Shown here: positions 37,636 through 47,227 of the stretch, in pieces | How positions within the stretch are numbered: the stretch's first letter is position 1 | Layout: each line of letters opens with the position of its first letter | DNA from: an uncultured Alphaproteobacteria bacterium | GTDB taxonomy: Bacteria; Pseudomonadota; Alphaproteobacteria; RF32; CAG-239 | Reading direction: 5' to 3' | DNA length: 64,000 nucleotides | Assembly (NCBI GenBank): GCA_949493535.1 | Contig: CASZWJ010000002.1 | Location: forward strand, 119,165-183,164 | Notes under the pieces: model-generated | The model's database searches: none | What the model was told of the DNA's origin: nothing | The model's input: the letters and a program-made list of their open reading frames with translations, nothing else | Made by a program: the position numbers and the translations under genes

Positions 37636-38271
37636 TTAATTACCTGCACTTAATTTGTTAAAAGCATCGTAGCCGCGCTGAATGGCGTCTACCACGGCGC
37701 GGGAACTGATTGTGGCTGCCGTTACGGCATCAATGTTGCCGCCGTCTTGCTTTACCTTAAAAACATGTTTGCCGGGGTGAATGCCGTGAAACTGCTCGGA
37801 AAATTTCGGCTCGGCAACTTTTGTTCCCAGCCCCGGCGTTTCTTTGTGTTCAATAACCTTATATTTGTTAATTGTTCCGTCAACAAAATAACCTGCCATC
37901 AGTTCAATTTTGCCGCCAAAACCGTTGTTACTGAAAGTTTTAATTGCAACGGAAATGATATTGCCGTTTTCATCCCGAGCCGGAAAGAGTTCTAATTTGC
38001 CTTTGCCGTCTGCGGTTGAGATTGTAAAACGCTCTTCAAAAGGATTATTGGCAAAATCTCCGTAAACAACTTCTTTGATTGCTTCCAGTTCTTTTGTATC
38101 TTTAGCTTTTTTTATCGGTTCTTCCGTCAGTTTATAAACGCTGCCGAGAACTAAAGCAGATAAACCGGCGACAAGAGACAGGATGAATATCATGCCGGAA
38201 AGGCTTGATTTTGCTTTTTTTATTTTTGTCATGTTTATTTTCTCCCGGTTCCGTAAACACGCGGATAGCAA
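37636..38271 (-). CDS. rnfG: Rnf complex subunit G (FMN-binding)
   Basis: N-terminal TM anchor, FMN_bind domain with flavinylation threonine motif [13 protein letters not shown]. Confidence 0.85.
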   Translation of the reverse strand: MLSACLRNREKINMTKIKKAKSSLSGMIFILSLVAGLSALVLGSVYKLTEEPIKKAKDTKELEAIKEVVYGDFANNPFEERFTISTADGKGKLELFPARDENGNIISVAIKTFSNNGFGGKIELMAGYFVDGTINKYKVIEHKETPGLGTKVAEPKFSEQFHGIHPGKHVFKVKQDGGNIDAVTAATISSRAVVDAIQRGYDAFNKLSAGN

Positions 38272-39236
38272 TATTTGTCAATCAGCGGAACAAAAGCATT
38301 CATGATGAGAATGGCAAAAGAAACGCCTTCCGGATAAGCGCTGTACAGGCGGATAATGACGGTCAACAATCCGCAGCCGACAGCGAAGATGACCTTGCCT
38401 TTTTGTGACATAGGCGATGTTACATAATCTGTAGCCATGAAAACGGCTCCAAGCATCAAACCGCCGGAAAGCAAATGGGTTACCGGTTCATAACGGACGT
38501 CTTTGGTTGCCAGCCACATTACGCCTGTTAAAAGAAAGACGGTGCCAATGTAATAAAACGGAATATGCCAAGTGATAACTTTGCGCCAGAGCATATAAAT
38601 TAAACCCAGTAACAAAGCCAAAGCAGAAATCTCGCCCAGCGAACCGCCGGTATAACCGATAAACATATCCCAATAGTCGGGGATATCAGCCAAAGCCGAG
38701 TTGCCATGTGTCAATGATGTGGCCGAAGTTGAAGCATCCAGATGTTTCAGAATACCCAGAGTGGTTGCTCCGGTTTGAACATCGGCATTCAAAAAGTCTT
38801 TCCAATTAGGTTTGGCCCATAAGGTCATTTGCACCGGAAAAGATATGAATAAAAACACGCGGCCGACCAATGCCGGATTAAACAGATTTTTGCCCAAACC
38901 GCCAAAAGCCATTTTGGCAATGACAATGGCGACAAAAGCGCCGATTAAGACCATCCAGGCAGGTATAGACGGCGGCAGGTTGAATGCCAGCAGCATACCG
39001 GTGATAATTGCCGAAAAATTATTAATGGTCGAGGGTTTATGAAACAGATAACGGACAACCAGATATTCCCACATAACACAAGCAGCGACCGAAGTTATAA
39101 TAACTTTTAAGGCGCCTATTCCAAAAAAGGCAATTGCGACCAATGCCGCCGGAATTAAGGCGATTACGACATCGCGCATCAGCGTTTGCGTATCTGTCGA
39201 AGAACCGGTATGAGGTGCGGTGGAAATTTTCAGCAT
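38235..39236 (-). CDS. rnfD: Rnf complex subunit D
   Basis: NqrB/RnfD polytopic membrane protein, 333 aa, flavinylation-site-like SGGLMLGAVFMATDYVTSP. Confidence 0.85.
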   Translation of the reverse strand: MLKISTAPHTGSSTDTQTLMRDVVIALIPAALVAIAFFGIGALKVIITSVAACVMWEYLVVRYLFHKPSTINNFSAIITGMLLAFNLPPSIPAWMVLIGAFVAIVIAKMAFGGLGKNLFNPALVGRVFLFISFPVQMTLWAKPNWKDFLNADVQTGATTLGILKHLDASTSATSLTHGNSALADIPDYWDMFIGYTGGSLGEISALALLLGLIYMLWRKVITWHIPFYYIGTVFLLTGVMWLATKDVRYEPVTHLLSGGLMLGAVFMATDYVTSPMSQKGKVIFAVGCGLLTVIIRLYSAYPEGVSFAILIMNAFVPLIDKYCYPRVYGTGRK

Positions 39237-39251
39237 ATTTTTAATTCTTCC

Positions 39252-40589
39252 TTATTTCTTTGTTTTTTTTACTTCCATTTTGCCGATTTTGCAATAATCG
39301 AGCAAAGGAATATGAGCCGGACAAATATAAGCGCAGGAACCGCATTCAATGCAGTCTAAGACATTAATGCCTTTAAGTTCATCAATCATATTATTGCGCG
39401 TATATTGTGCAATCAGGAACGGGCGCAACCCGACCGGACAGGCATCAACACATTTTCCGCAGCGAATGCAATCAGTTTCTTCTAATTTACGGCTTAACTC
39501 TTCGGACAAGAGCAAAATCCCCGAAGTCAGTTTGGTTATCGGCGCATTGATATTGACAGCCGAAGTTCCCATCATCGGGCCGCCGAAAATAACCTGATTG
39601 GTGTTTTCGGTAATGCCGCCGCATTTTTCAATAAGGAATGAAGCCGGTGTTCCAACCCTCACCCGAAAATTTTGCGGATTTTGGCATTCGTCGCCGCTGA
39701 CTGTAACAATTCGCTCAAAAAGCGGCTTGTTTTTCTGTACCGCTTCATAAATGGCAAAGACCGTGCCGACGTTTTGAACAATACAGCCGGCATCCATTGG
39801 CAGGCGTCCGGACGGAACTTCTCGTCCGGTAATGGCTTTTATCAGCTGTTTTTCGCCGCCCTGCGGATATTTGGTTTTACAAACCTGAACATTGACGCCG
39901 ACATAAGTTTTGGTTAATTTGCTTAAAATTTCAATTGCTTCAGGCTTGTTTTCATCTACGGCGATGATTGCATTCTGAATACCCAAAACTTTATTTATAA
40001 TTTTTGCCCCGACAATAATTTCTTCCGCCTTTTCGATCATGAGCCTGTCATCGGCTGTAAGCCATGGTTCGCATTCAATGCCGTTCAGGATAAGCGTGTC
40101 TATTTTTTTGCCTTCGGGAACGGATGTTTTAATCGGGGTCGGATAACCGGCGCCGCCCATTCCGACAATGCCTGCCGAACGGATTTTTTCGATAATTTCC
40201 TGTGGTTCATAGGGAATGTCTTTGATTAAGTCCGGTGACAGGTCTATTGACGAGGCAAATTCATCACCCTCAACTTTTATCGTAATCATGCTTTCTAAAT
40301 AGCCGAATTCGCCTTCAACTTCTTCTACTTTGATTACTTCACCCGAAACAGATGAAAAAACGTCGGCGGAGACAATGCCGTCGGCATCAGCAAGCAATGT
40401 GCCGGCTTTGACTTTATCTCCTTTTTGGACGATGATTTTTGCCGGAGAGCCTATATGCTGCTTGACCGGAATATAGACAATTTCAGGCAATCCGGCATCA
40501 ACAATCGGTTTGTCTGAGGTGATTTTATGTTTGTCGGGGTGAATGCCGCCAATGGGGAAAGTCTTTTTCTTAGCCATTATTGTCCTCAT
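39252..40589 (-). CDS. rnfC: Rnf complex subunit C
   Basis: two ferredoxin-type cluster motifs CIRCGKCVDACP and CIECGSCAYICP, NADH-binding-like GGAGYP. Confidence 0.9.
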   Translation of the reverse strand: MRTIMAKKKTFPIGGIHPDKHKITSDKPIVDAGLPEIVYIPVKQHIGSPAKIIVQKGDKVKAGTLLADADGIVSADVFSSVSGEVIKVEEVEGEFGYLESMITIKVEGDEFASSIDLSPDLIKDIPYEPQEIIEKIRSAGIVGMGGAGYPTPIKTSVPEGKKIDTLILNGIECEPWLTADDRLMIEKAEEIIVGAKIINKVLGIQNAIIAVDENKPEAIEILSKLTKTYVGVNVQVCKTKYPQGGEKQLIKAITGREVPSGRLPMDAGCIVQNVGTVFAIYEAVQKNKPLFERIVTVSGDECQNPQNFRVRVGTPASFLIEKCGGITENTNQVIFGGPMMGTSAVNINAPITKLTSGILLLSEELSRKLEETDCIRCGKCVDACPVGLRPFLIAQYTRNNMIDELKGINVLDCIECGSCAYICPAHIPLLDYCKIGKMEVKKTKK

Positions 40590-41418
40590 TTTGTGATTGG
40601 CTGTTTTTAGTCATAATTATTGCGCCGGTCGGGCAATTTTTTACAAGTTCTTCGCCAAATTCGGCGGCAGACACTTCCGGCGGAATGTAAGAAAGGTTGT
40701 TTTCAACTTTGATGCTTGGACAAATCTTTGTGCATTTCATGCAACCGATACAGGCTACTTTGCAGTTTTTGCGGGCGATAGCCCCCTTTTGTTTGTTGCT
40801 GCATGCGACGTAAACTCTTTGTCCGTTTTTGCCTTTGGGACGGATTTCAAACAAATGGCGCGGGCAGATGTTGACGCAAGCGCTGCAGGATGTGCATTTT
40901 TCTTCGTCTACTGTCGGGAGCCCTGTTTCAGGATTGATGCTTAATGCGCCGAATTTGCAGACTTTAACGCAATCGCCTAAACGCAGACAGCCGTCAGGGC
41001 AGCCGGTTTGCCCGACTGATATTTTGTCTGCCAAACGGCAAATGCTTATGCCGTCAAAATGGATTTTTGCCGGAGCATTTTCACAAGTTCCGTTGCATTT
41101 CAACACGGCAACGGCCGGTTCTTTTTCAACGGCGGCATATCCTAAGGCGTTGCTGACTTTTTTCATGACTTCGGCGCCGCCGACCGGACAATACATATTC
41201 TTAAATTCTTCTTCGGAGGCTTTGACGCAGGATTCCGCAAAATTATGACAGCCGGCTTTTCCGCAGGCACCGCAGTTTGCCCCCGGTAAAAAAGACTCAA
41301 CTTCACCGATTTTCGGGTTTTCTTCGACATTGAATTTTTGCGAGACTAAATATAAAATTATGGCGGCGGCAAAAGCTATTCCGACTAATACCAGAACATT
41401 TGAAACTATTATATCCAT
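40570..41418 (-). CDS. rnfB: Rnf complex subunit B (polyferredoxin)
   Basis: N-terminal TM helix, CGACGKAGC cluster, multiple CxxCxxCxxxCP motifs. Confidence 0.85.
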   Translation of the reverse strand: MDIIVSNVLVLVGIAFAAAIILYLVSQKFNVEENPKIGEVESFLPGANCGACGKAGCHNFAESCVKASEEEFKNMYCPVGGAEVMKKVSNALGYAAVEKEPAVAVLKCNGTCENAPAKIHFDGISICRLADKISVGQTGCPDGCLRLGDCVKVCKFGALSINPETGLPTVDEEKCTSCSACVNICPRHLFEIRPKGKNGQRVYVACSNKQKGAIARKNCKVACIGCMKCTKICPSIKVENNLSYIPPEVSAAEFGEELVKNCPTGAIIMTKNSQSQNEDNNG

Positions 41419-41433
41419 AAAATCTCTCTTTTA

Positions 41434-41871
41434 TTATTCTTGCGGCAATTTAACCGGTTCATCTTCGGCTATAGTGAAATGAAATTTTTTCGAAAAATAT
41501 TTCTTACACAAGGATAGCCCAAAATAATATGGAATCAAGACAATAATACTATATATCCCACCCGAGATTTCACCAACCCCTAAAGCAAGAGAGCCGAATA
41601 ATACGCCCAGAACCAACAACAAGGGGAAAATGTATCCGTAAAACAATGCGTAGAATCCATAATTTTCGGCAAGAATTACCGTTATTGTTTCCCCCACCTT
41701 ATATTGCGAGGCTTTGGGCGTTTTTATTTCTATTGTTTTGGAGGTGCATTCGCCAATGCCGCAGGCGCCTTTCATTGCGCAGGAACTGCAGGCAGATTTG
41801 ACCTGAACTTCAGCATAGACAGAGGAATCTGTCGTTTTTATGACAATGGCTTGATGTTCAATCGTCTGCAT
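41434..41871 (-). CDS. rseC: RseC/MucC-family protein (SoxR-reducing system protein RseC-like)
   Basis: 145 aa, N-terminal Cys cluster CSSCAMKGACGIGEC then two TM helices; classic position upstream of rnf/rsx genes. Confidence 0.6.
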   Translation of the reverse strand: MQTIEHQAIVIKTTDSSVYAEVQVKSACSSCAMKGACGIGECTSKTIEIKTPKASQYKVGETITVILAENYGFYALFYGYIFPLLLVLGVLFGSLALGVGEISGGIYSIIVLIPYYFGLSLCKKYFSKKFHFTIAEDEPVKLPQE

Positions 41872-41874
41872 GTT

Positions 41875-42903
41875 TTAATCTCCTAGAAATATTTTAGCCT
41901 GTTTGGAAAACAGGACAGTGATGTTTCCGTTTTTGTTTTTTATGAACAGGATGGCCGCTATCCCGTTCTTATCTGCAAATTTCATCCCTTTTTCTTCTCC
42001 CATGGACATCAGGGCGGTCGCATAGGCATCCGCTTTCATGCAGCTCGGGTTGAAAACCGTGGCCGAGACCAAATTGTGTTCTGACGGATATCCGTTTACG
42101 GGGTCAATCGTATGTGAAATTTTTTTGCCGTTTTCATAATAAAAATTGTTATAATCTCCCGAAGTGGCAACGGCCATGTCTTTTAGTCCGACAGACATCA
42201 GGTTTTTATGCCCGTTTTCCGAAGGCTCGGCAATGCCGACAAGCCAGCCCTGCCCTTTATCGTCTCTATTGCCCGAAGCATAAACCTCGCCGCCGATGTC
42301 CACCAGAAAATCGGTATAACCCAGCGATTTTATTTTGGAGGCAATCAGGTCGACAGCATAGCCTTTGGCAATGGCTGACAGGTTAATTTCCGTTTGAGCA
42401 TTGATTTTTGAGGCTTTGCCTTCTTTAATGATTATTTTATCAAATCCTACAGACTTCATTGTCTTTTGTATGCTTTCAGCCGATGGCGCCTGCTTGTGTC
42501 CGTCGGGGCCAAATCCCCAGAGCCGGACAAGTTTGCCGACCGTCGGGTCAAAAGCGCCGTTGCTTTGGCTGAAAATTTCGGCGGAGGTTTTCAAGACTTC
42601 ATGGAGTTCGGGAGGTGTGTCAATCCACTTGCCTTTGCCGGCCCTGTTTAATTTGTTTATTACCGAATCTTTAGTAAAAACAGACATCTGTTTATTTACC
42701 AAGGCAAATTGCCCGTCGATGATTTTTGATAAATCGGGGATTCTTTGCGAAGTTTTGATCTTTATGCTGTAGTATGTGCCGAAAACATATCCGCGGAGCC
42801 GTAAATAATCAGTCTGCCGGCTTTGCCAATAAACGGTTCCGGCCAAAATCAACACTGCTATTGAAAAATATTTGAAAAACCTCATATTTATTAATATCCG
42901 CAA
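41875..42903 (-). CDS. apbE: FAD:protein FMN transferase ApbE
   Basis: lipoprotein-like N-terminus, ApbE fold motifs (AIAKGYAVD, TSGDYNNF, DPVNGYP). Confidence 0.8.
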   Translation of the reverse strand: MRILINMRFFKYFSIAVLILAGTVYWQSRQTDYLRLRGYVFGTYYSIKIKTSQRIPDLSKIIDGQFALVNKQMSVFTKDSVINKLNRAGKGKWIDTPPELHEVLKTSAEIFSQSNGAFDPTVGKLVRLWGFGPDGHKQAPSAESIQKTMKSVGFDKIIIKEGKASKINAQTEINLSAIAKGYAVDLIASKIKSLGYTDFLVDIGGEVYASGNRDDKGQGWLVGIAEPSENGHKNLMSVGLKDMAVATSGDYNNFYYENGKKISHTIDPVNGYPSEHNLVSATVFNPSCMKADAYATALMSMGEEKGMKFADKNGIAAILFIKNKNGNITVLFSKQAKIFLGD

Positions 42904-42973
42904 TTTAAATATTTTAATTAGCTGAAATATATTCTAATATAAATTCAGCACCATTTTCGGAAAGGTCATTATA

Positions 42974-43690
42974 ATGTTAAGCAGGCTAAAATCAACAGTT
43001 AATAATCTGAAAGCAAAATACGACGGGTCAAAAGCCCAAGCCGTTTGGAAGCATAAAAAAGAATTGTGCCAAAGGGTTTCCGGCGTTTTTTCCAAAATTG
43101 TCAATGCATTGGCAAAGAAGTTGGTTAAAATGGGCGTTTCTGCCAATTTTGTTACGATTACAGGATTTATTATCGGTATATTTGCCGTTAATTTTCTTTC
43201 TTTGGAAAGATACGGCTATGCGCTTTTGTGTATTCTCATTAACCGTTTGTTTGACGCTTTGGACGGAGCTATTGCCCGCAACACCAAAGTAACGGATTTC
43301 GGCGTTTTTCTTGACGCAACGTTGGATTATGTTTTTTATGCGGGCGTTATTTTCGGTTTTGCCCTTGCCAATCCGTTTCAAAATGCCGTTGCGGCTTCAT
43401 TCCTGCTGTTTGCTTTTGCTTCTTCGGCTTGCGCAATGCTGGCTTATGCCGTTATTGCTTATAAAAACAATTCGTCTCAAAAGCTTGAACTGGAACGTTC
43501 GCCATTTTATCTCGGCGGTTTGGCTCAAGGCTTTGAAACCTTGGTTGCATTGGTGGTCTTGTGTATCATTCCGGGGTGGTTTTTGCAAATAGCAATCGTT
43601 TTAGGCACTTTGTGTTTGGTTAAGGCTTTCAGCATTATGGTTACGGCTTATTATAATTTTGTGATTGCGAAACGTGTTCCTAAGGAATAA
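42974..43690 (+). CDS. CDP-alcohol phosphatidyltransferase family protein
   Basis: signature D-x2-DG-x2-AR...G-x3-D-x3-D present as DALDGAIARNTKVTDFGVFLDATLD; several TM helices. Confidence 0.7.
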   Translation: MLSRLKSTVNNLKAKYDGSKAQAVWKHKKELCQRVSGVFSKIVNALAKKLVKMGVSANFVTITGFIIGIFAVNFLSLERYGYALLCILINRLFDALDGAIARNTKVTDFGVFLDATLDYVFYAGVIFGFALANPFQNAVAASFLLFAFASSACAMLAYAVIAYKNNSSQKLELERSPFYLGGLAQGFETLVALVVLCIIPGWFLQIAIVLGTLCLVKAFSIMVTAYYNFVIAKRVPKE

Positions 43691-43698
43691 TAATTTTC

Positions 43699-45303
43699 AT
43701 GATAAAAAAAATCGGCTTATATTTTGTGGTTTTGGCAATAGCTCTTGTCTGCAGCGGCAAGAGCTTTGCCTTTATGCAGGATTATGAAACGGATAAAGTA
43801 AAAGTTTCCCTGTTTACGAGTTTTAATGAAATTAACCCTAAACAAAATTTAGATGTTTTGGTTAAGTTTGAGATGAAAAACGGTTGGCATATTTTTGCCC
43901 AGAATCCCGGAGATATCGGGCTTCCGACATTAGTCGGCTGGCAGCTGCCCAAAGGTTTTGAACTGGGAGATGTCGAATGGAGCCGTTTTCAGAAGTTTGA
44001 CACGGACGGAATTGTTCAATACGGTTATGCGCATACGGCTTATTATAAGACCTCGGTTAAGCCTGCGGCTGATGTTGAGAAACAAGTTCGGCTCAGCGGG
44101 AAAATCACTTGGCTGGCTTGTCAGGAAGAGTGCGTGCCGGAAAAATTTTTATTTGATTTTTCCCTGCCGGTGACGAATCAGCCGCAAATTACGGACAGTA
44201 CCTTTGCTAAAGCCTCGGCAGCTGCTGAAAAATTGTTTGCAAAAGCTTCGGATAATACTCAAAACCAAAGTTTATGGGCAATTCTTTTAATGGCGTTTCT
44301 CGGCGGCATTATCTTGAATTTTATGCCGTGCATTTTTCCTATTTTGACAATAAAAGCCATTTCTTTGGCTCAGGGAACCATAAACAAGACCAAAAGCAGG
44401 ATTGAGGGTCTGATTTATATGGGCGGCGTGGTCGCTTCGTTTTTGCTTATTGCAACGTTGCTTGTCTGGCTGCGTTCAACGGGAGAGCAAATCGGCTGGG
44501 GGTTTCAATTGCAGTCGCCTTTGTTTGTGATTGTGATGATTGTTATTTTCTTTATTATCTTTTTGATGCTGCTCGATATTGTTAATATCAGGAATCCGTT
44601 TGCCAATCGGGTCGGGCGCATATCTTTTGCCCGTCGCAAAGTCAATGCCTTTTTTACCGGCTTTTTTGCCGTTTTGATTGCCAGCCCTTGTACGGCTCCG
44701 TTTATGGGAATTGCAATAGGATATACTCTGTCTCAACCGATTTACGTTTATTATCCGGTGTTTTTGTCTCTCAGCTTGGGTTATGCCCTGCCCTTTACTT
44801 TGGCCAGCATGTTTCCCAAAGCTGTTCACAAGGTTTTGCCCAAACCCGGCCGCTGGATGGAAGTCTTAAAGAAAATTTTTGCCATTCCGGTTTTTTTGAC
44901 TTGTGTTTGGCTGGTATGGGTTTTGTGCAATCAGATGCATGTGCCGGCGCCGAAAGATGCGAACTCGCTGCATTGGGAAAAGTTTGACGTTCAAAAGGTT
45001 GAGGAACTTGTTCAAAACAATCACCCCGTTTTTATTGATTTTACGGCCAAATGGTGTATTACCTGCCTGATGAACAAGAAATTTTCTTTGCAGTCAGATA
45101 CTTTTGCTTCTTTGGCTAAAGACAAGAAAATAACTCTATTGGAAGCTGACTGGACCAATTATGACGAGAATATCTCCAAGGCTTTAGAAGCTTACGGACG
45201 CAACAGTATTCCCCTTTATATTTATTATGACGGTAACGGCGGTTCATATAAGGTTTTGCCGCAGCTTTTAACGCCGGCCATTTTAGAAAAAGAACTCAAA
45301 TAA
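43699..45303 (+). CDS. dsbD: thiol:disulfide interchange protein DsbD-like (N-terminal periplasmic domain, TM core, C-terminal thioredoxin)
   Basis: TM core with paired cysteines (FMPCIFPIL), C-terminal thioredoxin CxxC (WCITC). Confidence 0.75.
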   Translation: MIKKIGLYFVVLAIALVCSGKSFAFMQDYETDKVKVSLFTSFNEINPKQNLDVLVKFEMKNGWHIFAQNPGDIGLPTLVGWQLPKGFELGDVEWSRFQKFDTDGIVQYGYAHTAYYKTSVKPAADVEKQVRLSGKITWLACQEECVPEKFLFDFSLPVTNQPQITDSTFAKASAAAEKLFAKASDNTQNQSLWAILLMAFLGGIILNFMPCIFPILTIKAISLAQGTINKTKSRIEGLIYMGGVVASFLLIATLLVWLRSTGEQIGWGFQLQSPLFVIVMIVIFFIIFLMLLDIVNIRNPFANRVGRISFARRKVNAFFTGFFAVLIASPCTAPFMGIAIGYTLSQPIYVYYPVFLSLSLGYALPFTLASMFPKAVHKVLPKPGRWMEVLKKIFAIPVFLTCVWLVWVLCNQMHVPAPKDANSLHWEKFDVQKVEELVQNNHPVFIDFTAKWCITCLMNKKFSLQSDTFASLAKDKKITLLEADWTNYDENISKALEAYGRNSIPLYIYYDGNGGSYKVLPQLLTPAILEKELK

Positions 45304-45337
45304 AAAAACACCTGCTGAAAAGCAGGTGTTTTTTTAT
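45304..45337. terminator. bidirectional terminator between dsbD and the asmA-like gene
   Basis: ACACCTGCT-GAAA-AGCAGGTGT flanked by A6 and T7. Confidence 0.6.
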
Positions 45338-45349
45338 TGTGAAGCGAGA

Positions 45350-46126
45350 CTAGTTGCCGAAAATTCCCAATTCTTTAACACGGTCTTTAACGCCGCCGAC
45401 AACCTTATCAAGGTTTTCATCGGCAATGCCTTTAAGATCGGACAACTGGCTTTCAACAACAGTTTTTGAAGCTGTCTGCAAAATATTGTTCAACACTTTG
45501 GAAATGGTTGTCGCAATATTTGCGCCTTTTTGTTCCTGACCTATGTTTTTCATTGAAATTGTGGGCAGTTTTACGTTTAAGTTGTTGGCTTTGCCGTTAA
45601 TGTTGGCAACAGCTTGAATTTCGCCGTCAGAAACAACCAATTCTTTAATGATGACTTTTTTTGCCGGAGCGCTGTTTTTTTCAGCTTTTGCTTCTTTGGC
45701 TTCGGCATTTTCTTCAGCACTGGCAGAAGCCGTATTTTTTGCAATATTCTTTTGAATTTCGTTAATATTGTTTTGGGTTAAAGACAGCATTTCGTATGTG
45801 ATTATCGGTTTGTTAATTGAAATTCTGTCAATGATAATCGTGTCTTTTGCCAAACTTTTCAAATCAACCTTCACATAGATTTCTTCAAGGTTAAAAATAT
45901 ACGGAGAAGCATAGTTTTTCGGATTGGCAACGGTAATTTGGTTAATGCGGCCCTCGCCTGTTGTTAAGCCGAGTTTGAAACCGTTGAGATTGACATCGGT
46001 TCCTGTGATTTCCGAGCCGTATTTATGAACCACTTTTTTGACAATGGTTTCCAATGAAGGGGTGAAATAGTAGAAAGCAGCAAAGGCGGCAACCAAAACG
46101 CCTAAAACGATATATCTTTTCTTCAT
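45350..46126 (-). CDS. AsmA-family (DUF748-like) protein, short form
   Basis: N-terminal TM anchor and AsmA N-domain pattern (GTDVNLNGFKLGLTTGEGRINQITVANPKNYASPYIFNLEEIYVKVDLKSL). Confidence 0.5.
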   Translation of the reverse strand: MKKRYIVLGVLVAAFAAFYYFTPSLETIVKKVVHKYGSEITGTDVNLNGFKLGLTTGEGRINQITVANPKNYASPYIFNLEEIYVKVDLKSLAKDTIIIDRISINKPIITYEMLSLTQNNINEIQKNIAKNTASASAEENAEAKEAKAEKNSAPAKKVIIKELVVSDGEIQAVANINGKANNLNVKLPTISMKNIGQEQKGANIATTISKVLNNILQTASKTVVESQLSDLKGIADENLDKVVGGVKDRVKELGIFGN

Positions 46127-46215
46127 GTGTGTTTCCTTAAAATTCGGGTTAATTACATTTGGTTAATTATATGTTTATTATATTAAACTTAATTATGCAA
46201 CCGTGAATTTAAATT

Positions 46216-46266
46216 AAAAAAAGCCCGCATAAAGCGGACTTGTTTTTTATGGTAGGCGCGTGGGGG
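46216..46266. repeat. direct repeat copy 1: tRNA-Lys 3'-terminal 17 nt + terminator hairpin (displaced copy)
   Basis: AAAAAAAGCCCGCATAAAGCGGACTTGTTTTTTATGGTAGGCGCGTGGGGG nearly identical to 46478-46531. Confidence 0.8.
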
Positions 46267-46477
46267 CTGGAGAAAGATAAAACTTCCGGCGAAAGTTTTA
46301 TCGACGACAGGCGATAATTTGTTAGTTTGCGAAGATGCGGCAGCAATGAACGCAAACGTTACAAATGGAGTGACCGCAGCGAGTTGGAGTTTGAACTCCG
46401 GCAAACTCTTACGAGCCAGAAAACCCGCAGGGTTCGAACCCCAGTTGACCGGGCTTTTCACCTACTTACCTAACTAC

Positions 46478-46531
46478 AAAAAAAAAGCCCGCATAAAGCG
46501 GACTTGTTTTTTTATGGTAGGCGCGTGGGGG
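46478..46531. repeat. direct repeat copy 2: terminator + 3' end of the intact tRNA-Lys
   Basis: same about 50-bp sequence, continuous with tRNA-Lys body. Confidence 0.8.
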
Positions 46532-46590
46532 TTCGAACCCCAGACCCACTGATTAAGAGTCAGTTGCTCTACCAACTGAGCTACGCACCC
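46515..46590 (-). tRNA. tRNA-Lys (anticodon CTT)
   Basis: reverse complement GGGTGCGTAGCTCAGTTGGTAGAGCAACTGACTCTTAATCAGTGGGTCTGGGGTTCGAACCCCCACGCGCCTACCA; anticodon stem ACTGA/TCAGT with loop CT-CTT-AA; GTTCGAA T-loop; CCA encoded. Confidence 0.8.
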
Positions 46591-46607
46591 ATAATCTAAC
46601 GGACAAG

Positions 46608-46643
46608 TCGGAATATACCCCCCATAAATTTTTTTTGCAACAA
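46608..46643 (-). promoter_or_regulatory. putative promoter of tRNA-Lys (TTGCAA-17-TATATT on minus strand)
   Basis: motif spacing only. Confidence 0.3.
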
Positions 46644-46753
46644 TTTTTTTTATAAAAAAGTGTACTTGGCAATAATATTGATATTTCTTTAATCTTATTT
46701 ATATAATCTACTGAGGTAGATATTTGTATTTTCTTTTTGAGAAGGACATTCGC

Positions 46754-47197
46754 ATGTTGAAAAAAATCAGTTTATCCCTGCTCTGTTCAGTTTTGCTTTC
46801 GGCAAATGCCAATGCTCAGGTTTTTGGCAATGCTTCAATGAACTATGACACCTGTCTTGACAAGGCGGACGGCAGCGATTTGAAAATGGCCAGCTGCACT
46901 ATAATCGAGGCAAATAAGATTTTGAAATCAGTGGAAGAAAAATATGAGACTTTAGCTAATAATAAGGCTTTTGCTAACTGGAATTCCGGTTCGGGCATGT
47001 ACAGCGGCAATTTTAAAAAGCTGTATAACGAATGGTTACAATATCGCGACAGTTATTGTTCTTTGTATGGTTATTCTTTATCCCCGTCTCCTGATCAGGG
47101 ATCTATTGCCGAACTGAGCGGCGCAGAATGTGTTTTGGAACTGACAAAACGCCAGAATAAAGATATGGACGTTGTTATTAAGAATTTCCAACAATAG
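46754..47197 (+). CDS. DUF1311 (lysozyme inhibitor LprI-like) periplasmic protein
   Basis: signal peptide MLKKISLSLLCSVLLSANANA; conserved Cys pattern C-x...C...YRDSYC...C of DUF1311. Confidence 0.5.
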   Translation: MLKKISLSLLCSVLLSANANAQVFGNASMNYDTCLDKADGSDLKMASCTIIEANKILKSVEEKYETLANNKAFANWNSGSGMYSGNFKKLYNEWLQYRDSYCSLYGYSLSPSPDQGSIAELSGAECVLELTKRQNKDMDVVIKNFQQ

Positions 47198-47227
47198 GAA
47201 GCGGCGGCTGAGTTTTAACCCGGAAGT

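Noticed and set aside
46267-46477. Possible tmRNA (ssrA). The plus strand starts GGGGGCTGG and contains UCGACGACAGG and GCAAACG, reminiscent of the tmRNA 5' end and tag start. A tRNA-like T-arm and a CCA end lie nearby.
   Set aside because: No frame gives a short tag ORF ending in a hydrophobic -AA stop. The reading GCA AAC GTT... runs on without a stop. The 3' end pairs as tRNA-Lys and not as an alanine-type acceptor. The T-arm and the CCA end are on opposite sides of the segment. A tRNA-Lys fragment with an insertion explains it better.
46319-46552. ORF-track 77-aa ORF (plus strand) and 90-aa ORF (46189-46461, minus strand)
   Set aside because: Both lie entirely inside the tRNA-Lys repeat/terminator region. 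One overlaps the tRNA itself. Neither has an RBS. They are spurious.
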